Shown here in pieces: positions 27,140-41,883 of a DNA stretch of 64,000 nt. The notes beneath the pieces are model-generated. The model made no database searches. It had not been told where the DNA came from and worked only from the letters and a program-made list of their open reading frames with translations. Origin of the DNA: Octopus vulgaris (Eukaryota). Positions within the stretch are counted from its first letter, which is position 1. Each line of letters starts with the position of its first letter. The translations under genes were made by a program, and so were the position numbers. Location: contig OX597819.1 of assembly GCA_951406725.2 (NCBI GenBank), positions 53,258,001 to 53,322,000 of the forward strand, read 5' to 3'.

Positions 27140-27768
27140 ACTTTGAGCCTCACAGAGGCAATGACTGGTGACCGAGACCTTTGGCGATGTGCTGTGCTTA
27201 AGAGGACCCATCAAGCCCCCATGCTGGTGACACGTGAAGAATATCTTTCAAATGTTGGGCCTCAAAGAAGCAAAATGGCTGAGTTATTTTCGCATATTGG
27301 GCCTCACAAAGGCAAATTGGCTGAGTTCCTTTTGAGTGTTGGGCCTCACAGACGTTTGGCATTATGTCATGTTTGAGAAGAAGAGCCATCAAGTCAAGTA
27401 AAATTGCAGTGTAGCAGATACCAGTGTCACACAAACTGGCACCTGTCCAAGTGGCGCACAAACACACTCTGGTGTTGTGCCGGTGGCACACAAAAACACC
27501 CATTACAGTCTCAGAGTGGTTGGCGTTAGGAAGGGAATCCAGCCATGCCAAATCAGACTGGAGTTTGGTGCAGCCTTCCAGTGTGCCAGCCCAGTCAAAC
27601 TGTCCAACCCATGCCAGCCTGGACAACAGACGTTAAATCATGATGATGATAATGATATATTTGGTGTTAGGAAGGATATCCACCTGTAGAAACCATCCAT
27701 GCCAATCCCCAGTCAAACCATCCAACCCACACTAGCATGGAAAACAGACGTTAAGTGATGATGATGAT
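27140..27768 (+). mobile_element. RTE LINE 3' fragment plus a second 3'-tail fragment (27660-27768)
   Basis: Translates LTEAMTGDRDLWRCAVLKR (RTE terminal DRxxWR motif) and is colinear with 1430-1891. Confidence 0.85.
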
Positions 27769-28211
27769 ATATATGTATCAGCTGGACACCAACCCTAACA
27801 ACAGCTTTGTTGATGGCATAATATTTACTGTGAAGTGTAATTGATACAGCAAACAAAGACTATTTACAATATTGGAATAGTATAAAACAAGATGTGTGTG
27901 CATGTCAGTGTGTGTGGTGGGGAGAAAGGGAGTTCACTGACCGTTTTAGTATGTTATTTTGGAACTACTTGGAGCAAACATGGGAGACATTGTAATCAAT
28001 GTTCATTAACAATGCTATATACTTTCACTAACTAATCAATTGAAACAGACACACACACACATTCTCCCTCTCTCTCACTCACTTTCTCTCTCTGAAACAC
28101 ACCCCACTCTCTCTCTAACACACACGCACACACACATCCAGATATTTCTATCTATGCACATAAGTGTCTGCACAGGTGTATGTGAAATATATACATCAAT
28201 GTGTGATAACT

Positions 28212-28266
<55 letters not shown>

Positions 28267-30793
28267 ATGTATATGCATCATCTGAGACAGTATACATGTG
28301 TGTGTGAGAGAGAGGGAGAGAGAGAGAGAAAGTGTGTGTGTGTGTGTGGCTATCTTTTGCTTTTATTATTGACATTTTTCTTTAATCTAATTTTAATGTG
28401 TCAATATCTAAGTTTGGTTAAGACAACAAAAATTGCAAGTTGTTAACTCTGTTCTCTAAAATGTCTACAAACAGCTTTAACTAGTTTTTCCTTTCAAATG
28501 GCAAAAGATTGGAAAATAAATAATGTCAATTGTTATTCTTTGTCTTCTCTCATTTACTTTCCTTCTTTGTTTTTGTTCATTTGCTTTTTAATTTTTTTCT
28601 TTTTTCACATTTTTACTTGATTTTTCTTTTGATTTTTTTTTTTCTTTTTTTCCTTTTTGAAAAGCAATTAATAGCTTTAATTTTTCATCTATGATAATCA
28701 TTTCTATATCAATAATAGATACAGAAATTATTATCACTGATGCAAAATTACAGCTATCAATTATTTTGCAAACATATTAGAATAAACAAATAAATAAATA
28801 AATAAGGAAGTAAAAATAAACTAAAACAAAAACTGGTCGGAGGGGGAGGAGTAACAGAAACCAATAACCACAGACATTTCTATTAAAGACAATTTACACA
28901 CTGTCATGTCATCAAAGAATGGGTTTTTAGATTCCTTTATGTTTTACATTCCTAGCAATAATGTTTGCTAATTTTCTCAGAGACTTCCTGTAGATGTAGC
29001 TAGGCTTTGTTGGAAGGGAAGGAGGGGAAGAAAACACAGCCCCAAAATGAATATACAAAGAAGGTGCTGTGAGCTTAAGACAGCAAGCATCTAAACCAAT
29101 TGTTGCTAGTAGTTCTTGTTGATTTAACTCTATGCAGACCAGTCCTGGTGATTGAGTAAATGTACAATTGAAGAGAGTTCAGCAGAAACCATCTTTTTTT
29201 ACATCAAAGATGGCACTATTCAATTTAACCCTAGCATTAGGCATGCAAGGAGGCATCCTTAAACCTTAGAATTCTTAACTTGTAAGGGCACATCTGCATT
29301 GAGAAAAATAACAAGTTTTATATCAACTTACTGTTTCAGTTTTAAGGCCTAATCCAATTTCCTTTGAGTTTTTGTTTTTATTTGTTTTTTGTACCTCATT
29401 ACTACATTTACTGGTTTCTATCTGGTCACTCCCACTCTCTTCTAAAATTGTGAGCAGTCATGCAGCTCCTCTACAGCAAGAAGCTTGTCCTGCTCAGCCA
29501 CCTTCTTCATTTCATACTCCTACCCATCATCTCCAAGCATGAAGCTTTCACCTTGAAGCTCGTAGTCTTTCTAACTGCATGGTGACCTCACTAAGGCTGG
29601 TGGCATGAAAACAGCATGCCAAATCAGACACTGGAGCACTATGCAGTCCCTGTCAGACCATCTGACCTATGGAACATGGACATTAAATGTTTTTTATTTG
29701 TTTATTTCCCGCACAGATTTTTAGAGATTTTACCAGTGGGTGATCTTAACTTTGAATTCAGGCAGAGTCTCCCCAATTCTTGAAGGAGGTAGTGACTCTT
29801 CCATTGATTTTGTATCAAGTATCAGTGGCTGGTAAAAACTACAGCTGTCAAACAAGTTATAAATTGGAAGCATGTACTATTGTTCTGTTAATAACAGAAA
29901 TATCAGATACTTATGAAGAGATAAGCAGACATATATATCTTCTCAGCTCTTCCACCCTTGACTTAACAGAATACCTAAGATATGACAGGTAAAGAGTGAG
30001 AGGAATGTGCTAGCACTCAGCTGGTATTCATTTCAATTGAGAAACCTAGAGTAATGTAAAATAGAATGCCTTGCTCAAGGACACAATCCACCACCCAATC
30101 CAAGACTTTATGGTCATGAATCCAAAGCCCTAACAACTAGGCCATGCACCATTGGTAGTTGATATTGTAGATGAAAAAAATTGCATAAGGAATAAGATAT
30201 CAGACTGCAAAGCCATAGAGTAGCATTTCATATCCACTGTAGGTGTTTCATTGTTTACTGGAATAAAATGTTTCATTCCACACTGCATCATTTTCCCTTT
30301 CTGTTGGAAAAGTTACTATCACTGGTAAAGCAGTATCTTAGCTTGACAGAACTTTCTTGCAGTTGGGATTTAACCCGTACAGATAACACAAACTAAGAAA
30401 GTAAATAAAAGCAATGCTAATGAAGTAAGAATTAACAGATTGAGTTAGGGTCACTTTAAATTCTTGTGGGCTTAACAGATGTAAAATTAGAGTCGGTTAA
30501 AAGGAAAATTCAAAAAGAGGGGGCAGGTGTTTCATTTGCATGGGAGGCGGTGAGCAAAGTGATTTGTACTGCATCAGTATGAAGATACCCAGCACATTAA
30601 CTAACATACAGTAGAAATTTTGTTTATCTCTAAATCCATATAAGTAATACAAGAATCAACCTTTGCAGAAGAGTTGAATCATATTCTGTAACATCAATCA
30701 AAGTACCACCTATGCATACCCATATGAGAATAGAAGAACTCTTCCTTCCCTTCCATCCATATTCCTTCCCTCTCATTTTATTTCTATATTTTA

Positions 30794-30830
<37 letters not shown>

Positions 30831-31042
30831 TAAAGAAATATTGCAGTCTATATTTGCTGTCAGCAAAGTTACAGATGTTTTGTCTGTAAGATCATTGGGT
30901 AGGCAGATGGGGGAAAGAATCAATAACTTATGTAGGACATTACATATCATAAGCAGGGAGATGTATGTACGTGTATGTATGATGGGGTTGAATCATTCAT
31001 GGATAGATATAGTATAACTCCCATCAGCCTCATTCTTTTGAG

Positions 31043-31076
<34 letters not shown>

Positions 31077-31660
31077 CTTGAATTGAATCAGCTGCTATTT
31101 GTAAGGTAGGTAGCAAACAATACCTGAGAATTGTATAAAAAAAGAACAGCTAAAAATGATTGAGAGAGGGTGAGAGAGACAGTGAGGGTGAGAGATATGA
31201 AATATAAGGAAGTCAAGGAAAATAGATAATGAGATCAATAGAACCAAAGCAAAGTGAGAACGCAGGAATTATTAAAAGAAATACACAAAAAATGTGCATC
31301 GTCTGTATACACCACCTCTTTCCCTTGTCTTGTAGGTAGGTGAGTGTGCAGGTTTTTATGTATGTGTATACACATGTATACATGTGTATATGTATATGTG
31401 TGTGTGGGTGTGTGTGTCTATCTGTATACATGTATATGTGTATACATACATACATATGTATGTATGTACATACATACATACATGTATATATACACATAAA
31501 CAAACTCACACAGTAAATTACAAAACAGGTAGCTAGGATAATTTCAGATTTGAAATAAGAATATATCAAACCTATCAGAGCAAATATACATTTTTTTTTT
31601 TTGTCGTTGGGGAGGAGGACGAGGATTTGTTTCATTTTTTTTATTAGTCAACCAACTAAC

Positions 31661-31667
31661 CTAACAG
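31661..31667 (-). other. Strong 3' splice-site-like tract followed by a 7-nt segment and GTTAGT
   Basis: gtgctttttttctgcatttctatctttag|ctgttag|gttagt; AATAAA ~20 nt downstream. Confidence 0.2.
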
Positions 31668-33062
31668 CTAAAGATAGAAATGCAGAAAAAAAGCACTAAT
31701 TGCCAGCAACCCACCGCCATCATCACCACCAGCCAGCCCCATCTCCACCACTCTCACTAACATGCCTACCAACAAAACTAACACCAACCCCAACCCCCAC
31801 TATCAAACATTGTTTCCATGTATTCAACAATAACAACAATGATAACAGCAGCAGCCGAAATTATCTCAGTACAGTTAGATAAGTAGTATTTGAATGAGTG
31901 ACCATTAAATACCTTAGAAGGTCAGCATTTGAAGTACAAGAAAGTATCGTTATCTGAAGATAGGGAGAAGGTAAGGACATGCAACTAGAGATAAGTACCA
32001 ACAGTAAACAATGCTAACAATTGTGAAGTCCAACCAAACCAAGGAGGTCTCATTAGAAGAGGTTTGCTTATTGCAGATATTAGTGACTCTTTGAAACACT
32101 TAACAGGTGGAGATTTTTACTGCTTGTTTGTTAGGAATTTCTTGTAGCTGATTGTAATCAAATTGACACCAATCGGGCACAATATGTATAGAGAGGCTTC
32201 CAATCAAAGCAGATTACTCAAGTATAATTATATCAGTGAACAAGTGTGATGACCTTTTCACTAGCATAAAAGCTATCCTATGGCAGAAATCTGAAGGAGT
32301 CATGTCAAAACAAAGGGCTCTCCCCCCACCGCCGTCACCACCACCGCACCTCTCGCATCCATCCATTTAAAGAGTGGTAGTAGAAAATCAGTGTCAACAA
32401 GCAACTATAACAAGGTAAAGTACAGTTGTAAAGATAAGTGACAATAGAAATAAAATTTGATCCAAGAAAGTAGTAGAAGTAGTAGTAGTAGTAGTAGTAG
32501 GAGGAGGAGGAGGAGGAGGAGGAGGAGTTGGAGGAGGAGAGGCAGCAGTAGTAGTAGCAGCAGCAGTAGCTGTACTGGGAAATTGATCTTAATAGGAAAA
32601 CCTTTTAACTGTTAAGCTGATAAAGTAAACATATATGGACACTCCGACATGTATTGTTGTATAATAGAATATAACTTCCTTGGCATTTTCGCTTGGAGTG
32701 TGATTAGATAACAGAAAGGATGGGACCTGGGAGCTGATGTATAACATGCAATTCCAAAACACACATACCCATCAATATCCAAGAAAAATTCACACAAGAT
32801 CCAGGGGTGGGGGGAGAAATGTGTTTAAGCAATATTAAAACAAACAGGTTAGGGAGAATTACTACATTGCAAGTCTTTTCAAAACAATGTCTAAAAGTTT
32901 ATGTCAAGACAGCAATGTAAGGAAAAGGCAATCAAGAGAAAAACAAAATCCTACTTCATCAACTTAACCTGAAATTAGTCACATAATATGGGCCCCATCA
33001 TAGTCAAAGAAACTAGCTAGGGAGAACAAGAGCTTTGTTTTATAGGCACATGTTGTATTTAT

Positions 33063-33665
33063 TGATTTCAAATTTTAGCCAGCAAGTTCATAGGTGGGTG
33101 CAAGTCGATTACATTGACTCCAGTGCTTGCTTGACTGGTACATATTTTACTGAACCCAAAGGGAAGAAAGGCAAAGTCAACCATGACAGAATTTGAACTC
33201 AGAACATTAAGACAGATGAAAGGCTACTAAGCATTTTGCCCCGCATCTTTTACTCTTTTACTTGTTTCAGTCAGTTGACTGCAACCATGCTGGAGCACTG
33301 CTTTTAGTTGAGGAAATCTACCTATGGACTTATTCTTTGTAAACCTAATACCTATTCTATCAGTCTCTTTCGCCGAACCGCTAAGTTACAGGGATGTAAA
33401 CACAACAGCATTGGTTGTCAAGCGATGTTGGGGGACAAACACAGACATACAAACATATACATATATACGACGGGCTTCTTTCAGTTTCCGTCTACCAAAT
33501 CCACTCACAAGGCTTTGGTCGGCCCAAGGCTATAGTAGAAGACACTTGCCCAAAGTGCCACGCAATGGGACTGAACCTGGAACCATGTGGTTGGTAAGCA
33601 AGCTACTTACCACACAGCCACTACTGTGCCTCCTGCATGCTAATGATTCTGCCAGCTCACCACCC
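33063..33665 (-). mobile_element. SINE family B interrupted by a full-length family A SINE (~33246-33625)
   Basis: Family B halves ...gcattttgccccgcat and gcatgctaatgattctgccagctcac flank a near-complete reverse family A copy. Confidence 0.85.
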
Positions 33666-33749
33666 TATGTGCTGTACAAATTAAGATTATCTTAACGGAT
33701 GGTTTTTAAGAAAAGTTTGGATACTGTGAGACCAGACAATGACAGTTGT

Positions 33750-34385
33750 CTTTTATCTTTACTTGCCTCAGTCATTGGACTGCAGATATGCTAAGGTACT
33801 GCTCTGGAAGGTTTAATCAAATAAATGAACCTTAGTACTTATTTTTTGTGGAGGTGCGTGGCTTAGTGGTTAGGGTGTCAGCATCATGATCATGAGATTG
33901 TCATTTCAATTCCTCAACCAGGCAATACGTTGTGTTCTTGAGCAAAACGCTTCATTTCATGTTGCTCCAGTCCACTCAGCTGGCAAAAATGAGTAATGCT
34001 CCAATGGACTGGCGTCCTGTCCAGCTAGGGAACACATGCGCCATTGAAACTGGGAAACTTGGCCCATGAGCCTGGCTAGGCTTTAAAAGGGCAAGATAGA
34101 TACAGTACTTATTTTTAATTTTGATACTTATTCTATTGGTCTTTTTACTGAACCACTAAGTTACAGAGACATAAACAAACCAATACTGGTTGTCAAACAG
34201 TGGACACACACACAGACACACTTATATAACAATGGCCTTCCACACAGTTTCTGTCCAGCAAATTCCCTTACAAGGCATTAGCCGACTCAGGGATATAGTG
34301 GAAGATACTTGTCCAAGTGCCATACAGTGGGACTGAACTTGAAATAATGTGGTTGCAAAGTGAGCTTCTTAACTAAACAGCCATA
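33750..34385 (-). mobile_element. SINE family A interrupted by a + strand family D SINE (33847-34103)
   Basis: 13-bp TSD agtacttattttt at 33834-33846 and 34104-34116. Confidence 0.85.
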
Positions 34386-35298
34386 TCTGTGCATATGTCA
34401 TGCACCATGCACATTCCCCTTTGTTGCAATGATGCAACTATACATTTTCAAATGTGTTTCACTTGAGGAAAAAGTGAAGCAATACTTTATAAATTCCAGC
34501 CAAATATAATTGCACTTTTCACTAAAGCAACCATCATTACACCTGACTGGATTCCCAAATGGGCCAACTGAGGCTATGGATAATGTCGAACCATCTCATT
34601 CTTGGTCTACACCCAGGTCTCTTGCTGGATGACCTGGCTTCAAGAATCTATCTTGCAATTCTTTCCTGCAACATTATTCTAACAACACATCATAGTACTG
34701 GAGTTGTGACCTGTCAATGCTAAGAAGCAGCAGCTCAACCTGCAGAGATGCCCTTATCTCCAAGCTACAAACCCTGTCAAGTAACATTACTTCAGTGACT
34801 CTTCAGAGCAGCTCCATTTCAGCTACATGTATCCGTGCTCAAACATTTTTAATTATTATTTAAAAAGAAAAAAAGAAAGAAAATTAAATACTTCATATAA
34901 TTAACTAGCCTATCTTTATGATAACACATACAATTATTCATTTTTAAATAAATTCCTTAATATGACAAGAGCAGAAGAAAAATCAGAAATATAGCCAGAA
35001 TCTAATTTTTTTGTCTTCTCATATATTTAACTCATTCATATCTCATACAGTTAATTGTGATGCATTATAACATCAAAGTTGAACATAAATTAGAGTGTTA
35101 AATTAATAAACATCGACATAAAACAAGGTTAGCATTGCATATAATTTCAGCATCTGACATGAAGCATTAACAATACTAAATTCCACAGTTCAAGCATATT
35201 TGTAAAAGAAACGGCATCTGGAAAAATTAAAAATATATGCATATATATATATATGTCGGTGTGAGTTTCAGCCAATGAAAACAAAAGTAAAAATAAAG

Positions 35299-35340
<42 letters not shown>

Positions 35341-35836
35341 GGCTGTTTTTATCTAGTTTGATGATCAAAGACTTGTGGTAAAATAATTTGTATGTTTTTA
35401 TTGTTTCTCTTTTTTGTTTTTGCTTCTTTTTTATTGGCTGATTTCTATATGGCATAATCTTAGCTTAACTTTACATCTATAGTTGCCAAAAAAAAAAAGA
35501 AAAAGAAAGGAAAAGAAGAAAAAGTAACAAAACAATGTAAAGTAATTCGCTGATGTTGTAGCACAACAATGGAAATGAAACTGATGTTGGTAAACATTAA
35601 TCAAAATAATGTACCATAAAAGAAAAAGAAAAGAAAAAACCAAAATAACAACAAATAGAAAGATCAGATGACATCAACAATAAATATGTAGGAGAACTTG
35701 ACATAAAGAGAAGAAGAAAAAAACTAAGTGAAATTTTAAAAAAAAAAGATTAAATACACAAAGAGAAACATATGATTTTTTTTTTTTACTTTTTTCTATG
35801 TTTGCTTTTTTACACAAACTATTTCAAATAACGTAC

Positions 35837-35856
35837 TTCTAATTCTTTAAATGAGC
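35837..35856 (-). other. Candidate 20-nt micro-exon (xSFKELE)
   Basis: caccattgctag|gctcatttaaagaattagaa|gtacgt. Confidence 0.2.
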
Positions 35857-36399
35857 CTAGCAATGGTGAATGTATGAGTGTGTGTATGTGCATGTGTGTG
35901 TGTGTGTATATATATACACGTGTGTGTGTGTGTATGAACCTAATGCTGCGAGAGATGGACACACATGAGAAGCATATGTTGTTTTGCAGACCATAAACAA
36001 TATGAATGAAGAAAGAACAGATGATTGCTGCTGCTGCTGCTGCTGCTGCTACTACTACTACTACTACTACTACTACTGTTGTTGTTAGTAGAATCAACAA
36101 CCAAGTACTTCACAAATTATCATTTTATGATTGTTTCCCATCCCTATCTTTAGCATGGCTGGGGCAGGTCCGCTGCAATCTTCCATAAAAGAAGAAACTA
36201 GGAAACTACTATTGTTTAGTGCATTCCCCTCCACCAGTTTTTGTTTGTTTGTGGTTTGTTTTGTCACAGTTGAATGCCTTTTCTATCACCAAACACAGAT
36301 TTGGACTATTTGATCAAGATACCAGCATTTGGTGCCAGTTTAATAAACTGACCCTCCTTACAGATTTCAGGTTTGATACCAACGTTAGAAACAAATATT

Positions 36400-37555
36400 A
36401 GTTTCAAATTTTGGCACAAGGCCAGCAAGTTTGGTGAGTGGGCTAAGTTGATTACATCAATGCCAGTGCTCAACTAGTACTTATCTTATTTACCCTGAAA
36501 GGATAAAAAATCAAAGCCAACCATGGCAGAATCTGAACTCAGAATGTAAACATAGACGAAATGCCACTAAGCATTTTGCCCTGTTAGAAACATATATGAA
36601 GGAAGGGTGATGGACAGGTAGGATCAACAGAGTTTGATAAAACTGTTCTGTGTCATTTGTTCCAGCTGTCTATATTCTGAGTTCAATTCCTGTCAAGGCC
36701 AACTTTGCTTTTCCTCCTTTCAAAGTCGATAAAACAACGTAGCAGTCAAGCATTGGAGTCGATGGTATCTTCTCTTCAAATACCTGTGCTTAAATCAGAA
36801 ACCATTGAAAAAGGCAGTGAGATGGCAAAATTGGTAGAGCATCAAAAAAGTGCGTTCAGGGATTTATTCCAGCTCTTTATATTCATCAACAACATCATCA
36901 ATTAACATCTGTTTTCTATACTGGCATAGGCTGAGTGGTTTGAGAGGAGCTAGTGAGCTGCACTAGGCTCCAACTGTCTGTTTTGGCATGGTTTCTACAA
37001 TTAGATTCCCTTCTTAACACCTACCATTTTACAGAGTGTATTAAGTGCTTTTCATGTGGCACCAGTGCTGATGCTTTTTACATGGCACCAGCATGGATAC
37101 TTTTCATGTAGCACTAGTACCAACCAAGTACTGATGTCAACAGCATCAACTAGCCTCACTTCTCGCAAAATTGCTGGCCTTGTGTCTAAATTGTTAACAA
37201 TCACTGTCATCATTTTCATCTTTTACTTCTCTGAGTCATTGGATTGGGGTCATACTGGAGTACTGCCATGAAGGGGTTTAGTCAAACAAATTGACCCCTG
37301 TACTTTTATTTTTAAAGTCTAGTACTTATTCTACCAGTTCCTTTGCTGAACCACTAAGTTACAGGGGGTGTAAACAAACCAACACTGTTTGTCAAATGAG
37401 AGAGGGAAGAGAGACACAAATACACACATATGTATATAACAGGCCTCCATGCAATTTCCATCTACCAAATTCACTCACAAGGTATTGTCTGAGGCTAAAG
37501 GACAAAAAACACTTGCTCACAGTGTCATGCAGTAGGACTGAACCTGAAACTACAG
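36400..37555. mobile_element. Cluster of decayed SINE/LINE fragments (B - 36400-36580; B + ~36660-36880; C - 36890-37125; A - 37220-37555)
   Basis: Similarity to the better-preserved copies elsewhere in the window. Confidence 0.7.
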
Positions 37556-38791
37556 ATTGACTAGTTGAAGAGAAAATGAAAATGTTTCCATCCTATCAGA
37601 TCTGAAACTTTTACATAATACTTTCCTTGTGATATTGGCAGTTTTAACTGATGTAGTCATGTTTTGTATTATGCTGATACATGTATCAAGTATAGTCTGA
37701 AGCAGAATGGAATGTGTTTTGAGAATTGAGCCAAGCTATCAGTCTAGCCCCAAAGCAGAGCAATGTCGATTATAAAGTATTTGTACCTTTACCATAATTC
37801 ATGACATCAGATCTGCTGGGTTTTATGACCCAATTGGTTTTTTATTAATGTGGCTGTGCTGTTAAGAAGATTGCTTTGCAAGCACACGGTTACAAGTTAA
37901 GTTCCACTGCATAAAACATTGCACATGTATTTTCTACTATAATTCTAGACTGATCAAAACCTTGTGACTGAATTCAGTAGACTAAAACTGATCAAAAGCG
38001 TGTTGTATTGTGTGAGTGTGTTTTGAGATTGTTTGCAAACTGCAAACAAATGATACCATTATACAAACTGCAGTTCATTTGCAATATTCTGTCAAAAAGA
38101 AAACAAAATGCCAGGAATAAGGGGAAATATCACCTTCTTTGAGAAAAAAATGATAGTTGCAATCCAGAAAAGTAACTGGGAGTAGAAAATCTGCCTCTGA
38201 AATTTTGCCCCATCCATGCAAGCATGGAAAAGTAGTAGATGATAGTGATGATGATGACAATGATAACAACATCATATGTTTGTTCATTTGTTAGGAACCT
38301 TCAACCACCATAATTAGTGTGTTGTCAGTTCCTTAAAAATTAAGGCCATCCATAAATGAAAGTTAGTCAAAGTTGTCATTCCAAATCCAATTCCACATAA
38401 TTTCACATAAATAGTGAAAGGAAGTGGGGGGTCCCCCCCCCCCACAATTCCCATTTAAGTTTTTTTTTCTTTCCTTTCCCAATAGGACTGCTTGGAACTG
38501 CTTGAAAGTGAACTCATAACTTCCAGACAAAGCCATTTTCTTGTGACATTCTGTCCAATGTTAATTTCGTTTCCTTATCTAAACCTATTATTAATCTATG
38601 ACATACAATTCCTAGAAATCCTACCAATATTTATTTCAGAGCACAGTGTTGCAATTCCAAGATCATAATCCAGATCATTTTCTTTGTTCCTATTTCTAAT
38701 ATCCTTGGGTATTGCTGTAAAATGATTTCACACATTCTTATTTGTTTCAAACATAAAGTGGTGTGTGTATGTATCTGTATGTGTATGTATG

Positions 38792-38823
<32 letters not shown>

Positions 38824-38840
38824 AACAACAGTGTACATAC

Positions 38841-38895
<55 letters not shown>

Positions 38896-38946
38896 TATAT
38901 ACTAAATATACGCACATATATATGTACCCACACGTGTGTGTGTAAA

Positions 38947-38983
38947 GTGTGATAAAGAGTTGGTCACCAACTCTTTATCACAC
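38947..38983. repeat. Perfect 18-bp inverted repeat with a 1-nt spacer
   Basis: gtgtgataaagagttggt-c-accaactctttatcacac. Confidence 0.95.
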
Positions 38984-39260
38984 AGTTACATTAGATGTTG
39001 AAATTCAAAAGAGATTTTTGTCTTTAAAACCCAATTATGGTAGTGAGCTTGTTTCCATACCGTTCATTTGCGCTTTGTTATAACTTTCTACATAATTCCC
39101 AATAGAATTATTACAAGTGAATTGCTTTGAAACCTGACACTCTACTAGTTTCTTTCTGTATGTAAATCTAACTAAAATATTTGGAAACCACTTGGCTTTC
39201 AGTTACATAGTCAGTGATAGGAAAAACAACAAAGTTTCAAACTGCTTATGATATTCATAC

Positions 39261-39277
39261 AACCAGCCAATTCTTGT
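39261..39277 (-). other. Candidate 17-nt micro-exon or short last exon (xKNWLVV*)
   Basis: ttttcatttcatttttcttttcatgcag|acaagaattggctggtt|gtatga: long polypyrimidine tract and a plausible donor. Confidence 0.3.
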
Positions 39278-39806
39278 CTGCATGAAAAGAAAAATGAAAT
39301 GAAAACCAATACAAGCAAAACTGCCGTTTAAATAGTTGATGACAAGAGAATGGTAAAACCAAACCACCTTGCAACAGATACACAGTACGTCTTTAATATG
39401 GTAACTCATACACTGAAATGAAATTTTAAACTAAGTTTCCACCAAGGTTTGAACTCACTGTCTCAAGCTGCAGAGTGAAATGCCATCACATTGTGTGTTG
39501 TAGTTTCATTTTCAATACAAGCATATACATCGCAGAGACCTTACATTTCCTTACATCAGAAAATATACTCCCTATTTATATAAGGAAGAGGACAGAGGAA
39601 AATTAATTTCTATCAAAGAAAAAGAAGATAGGGAGAGAAGAAAGGGAGGTACAAGACTATAACTTGAACAATTATGTCAACAATATTTATAGTATCATAT
39701 GTCAAAATAAACACAACTACTTTCTAAAATGTGTGTGTGTGTGTGTGTGTGTGCACGTGAGTACAAGAGAGCAAGCAAGTGTGCATGAGTATGACCATAT
39801 ACACAC

Positions 39807-40341
39807 ATCATCATCATCATCATCATCATTTAGCGTCCGTTTTCCATGCTAGCATGGGTTGGACGGTTCAACTGGGGTCTGAGGAGCCCGAAGGCTGCAC
39901 CAGGCCAGTCAGATCTGGCAGTGTTTCTACAGCTGGATGCCCTTCCTAACGCCAACCACTCCGAGAGTGTAGTGGGTGATTTTATGTGCCACCGACACAG
40001 GTGCCAGACGAGGCTGGCGAACGGCCACGCTCGGATGGTGTTTTTATGTGCCACCGACACAGGTGCCAGACGAGGCTGGCAGACGGCCACGCTCGGATGG
40101 TGTTTTTATGTGCCACCGACACAGGTGCCAGATGAGGCTGGCGGACGGCCACGATCGGATGGTGTTTGTTACGTGCCCACAGCACGGAGGCCAGTCGATG
40201 CGGTACTGGCTACGGCCACGTTCGGATGGTTTTCTTGTGTGCCACCGGCACTGGTACCACAAAGATACAAATTCCATTGATGTTCATCTATTTTGATTTG
40301 ATTTGATTTGATTTGATTTTCACTTGCCTCAACAGGTCTTC
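39807..40341 (-). mobile_element. Young RTE 3'-end copy with ~63-bp VNTR
   Basis: Reverse homologue of 26140-26653; (CAT)n at 39807; three near-identical units at 39980-40165. Confidence 0.85.
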
Positions 40342-41609
40342 AATGTATTTTAACTGTATAAACTTTACTTGCTTTTAAATAATTAGGTTTAATTGGCTTC
40401 CTTGGAACATAGAAGAGCAAAAATAATGCTACCACGCTATAGTGAAGATATTTGTGCAACCTTGGACATTTCTAGGTGCCAGGCTTACAGGAAGCACAGT
40501 CAATATTCCACCATTGCATAAACTTCTTAAGTAATGCTAAAATTCACACAAAACCTATGGTAGACGTGCTGGTGCTACTACACTAACTGGTGTATGATTT
40601 AACAAGCCAGAGCCTCCTTCAGTATTGGAATCAATGTAAAAAGATTTCTTCACACTAGAGGCCAGAGGATTGGGTCGTTTTTAAATCTTGCAAACTAATA
40701 TGCTAAAGGTTATATATATTTAATCTCTAAGTAAATCTTATTGTTGTATCTAACTTAAGCTAAATTGTATAGCAGACGGCTGTATACAACATTACTCAAA
40801 TTACTAGCAGGCTGCAGTATTCAATTACTATAAAAAAGACAAGATGGTCAAAGATGGAACACTGTTAATCACAGATTTGATTGATCATGGCTGATTTGAT
40901 GCTAGACAGCAACAGTAAAAACAATTCCATAATTATATTGTTTAATGAGCTTCTAGAAGTTACCAACGATTTCAGTTTTCACTTTCACAAGTGTGTCAGA
41001 CTGGATTGAGGACAACATGACATTAAAAGTGTTAGGTGGAATTTCAAAATAATCACTCATCTATATACCATTGATGTAATAAGTGTCTGAATTTTAATCA
41101 AAATTGACTTCCTTTATCTATCTAGTTATATAATCTTCTGTTTAGTAAAAATTGATTTCTTTGCTTAAGCATGAGGTCATACATTTGGAAGCCAGGAACA
41201 GTTGTACTTGATGGTTACTGTATTTTATTGACCCAGGAAAGATGAAAGGAAAAAGTTGGCCTCACAGAAACACAGAATGTAAAGAGCTGTAACTAAATAC
41301 TGCAATACATTTCAGTTAGATGCTTCAACAATTCTTCCAACCCATCAACATTTGGTAAATACTAAGATTCCAGTCATAAGCTGCTACTGCTACCACCACC
41401 ATTATCGTTATCACAATCATCAGACATCCAAGCTGACATAGGATGGGTAGGTTGTCATGATTGGAGTCAGTTCTTATTTGGAGTTACTGCACTCCTAACT
41501 TAGTGGGAGGACCATATTCTCAATTGCATGTTTCATTTTTATAGTTGAAGAAATCTATTCAAAGTGATCTGGTGAAATAATAACAAGAACTTCAAATACA
41601 ACAAATTCT

Positions 41610-41838
41610 TTAACCCTTTAGCATTTGGATTACTCTGTCAAATGTAATGCTTATTTATTCACATTATTTTGAATTAATCATGCATTATCTCATAACTTTG
41701 AGATTTCAATGATATAATTGCTTATTTATATGAATAGCATTACAGGATAAGTGTGAGAGGCTGAATCTGGTCAGATTGAATGTAAAATAGGTTAAATATT
41801 TGGGTCAGACATGGCTGGTTTAAATACTAAAGGGTTAT
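41610..41838. mobile_element. piggyBac-like MITE (family E)
   Basis: TTAA-CCCTTTAGCATTT ... AAATACTAAAGGG-TTAT. Confidence 0.8.
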
Positions 41839-41883
41839 GAAACCAGTCATTTTATCAACAAAAATGAAGATTTGTCATCTAAC

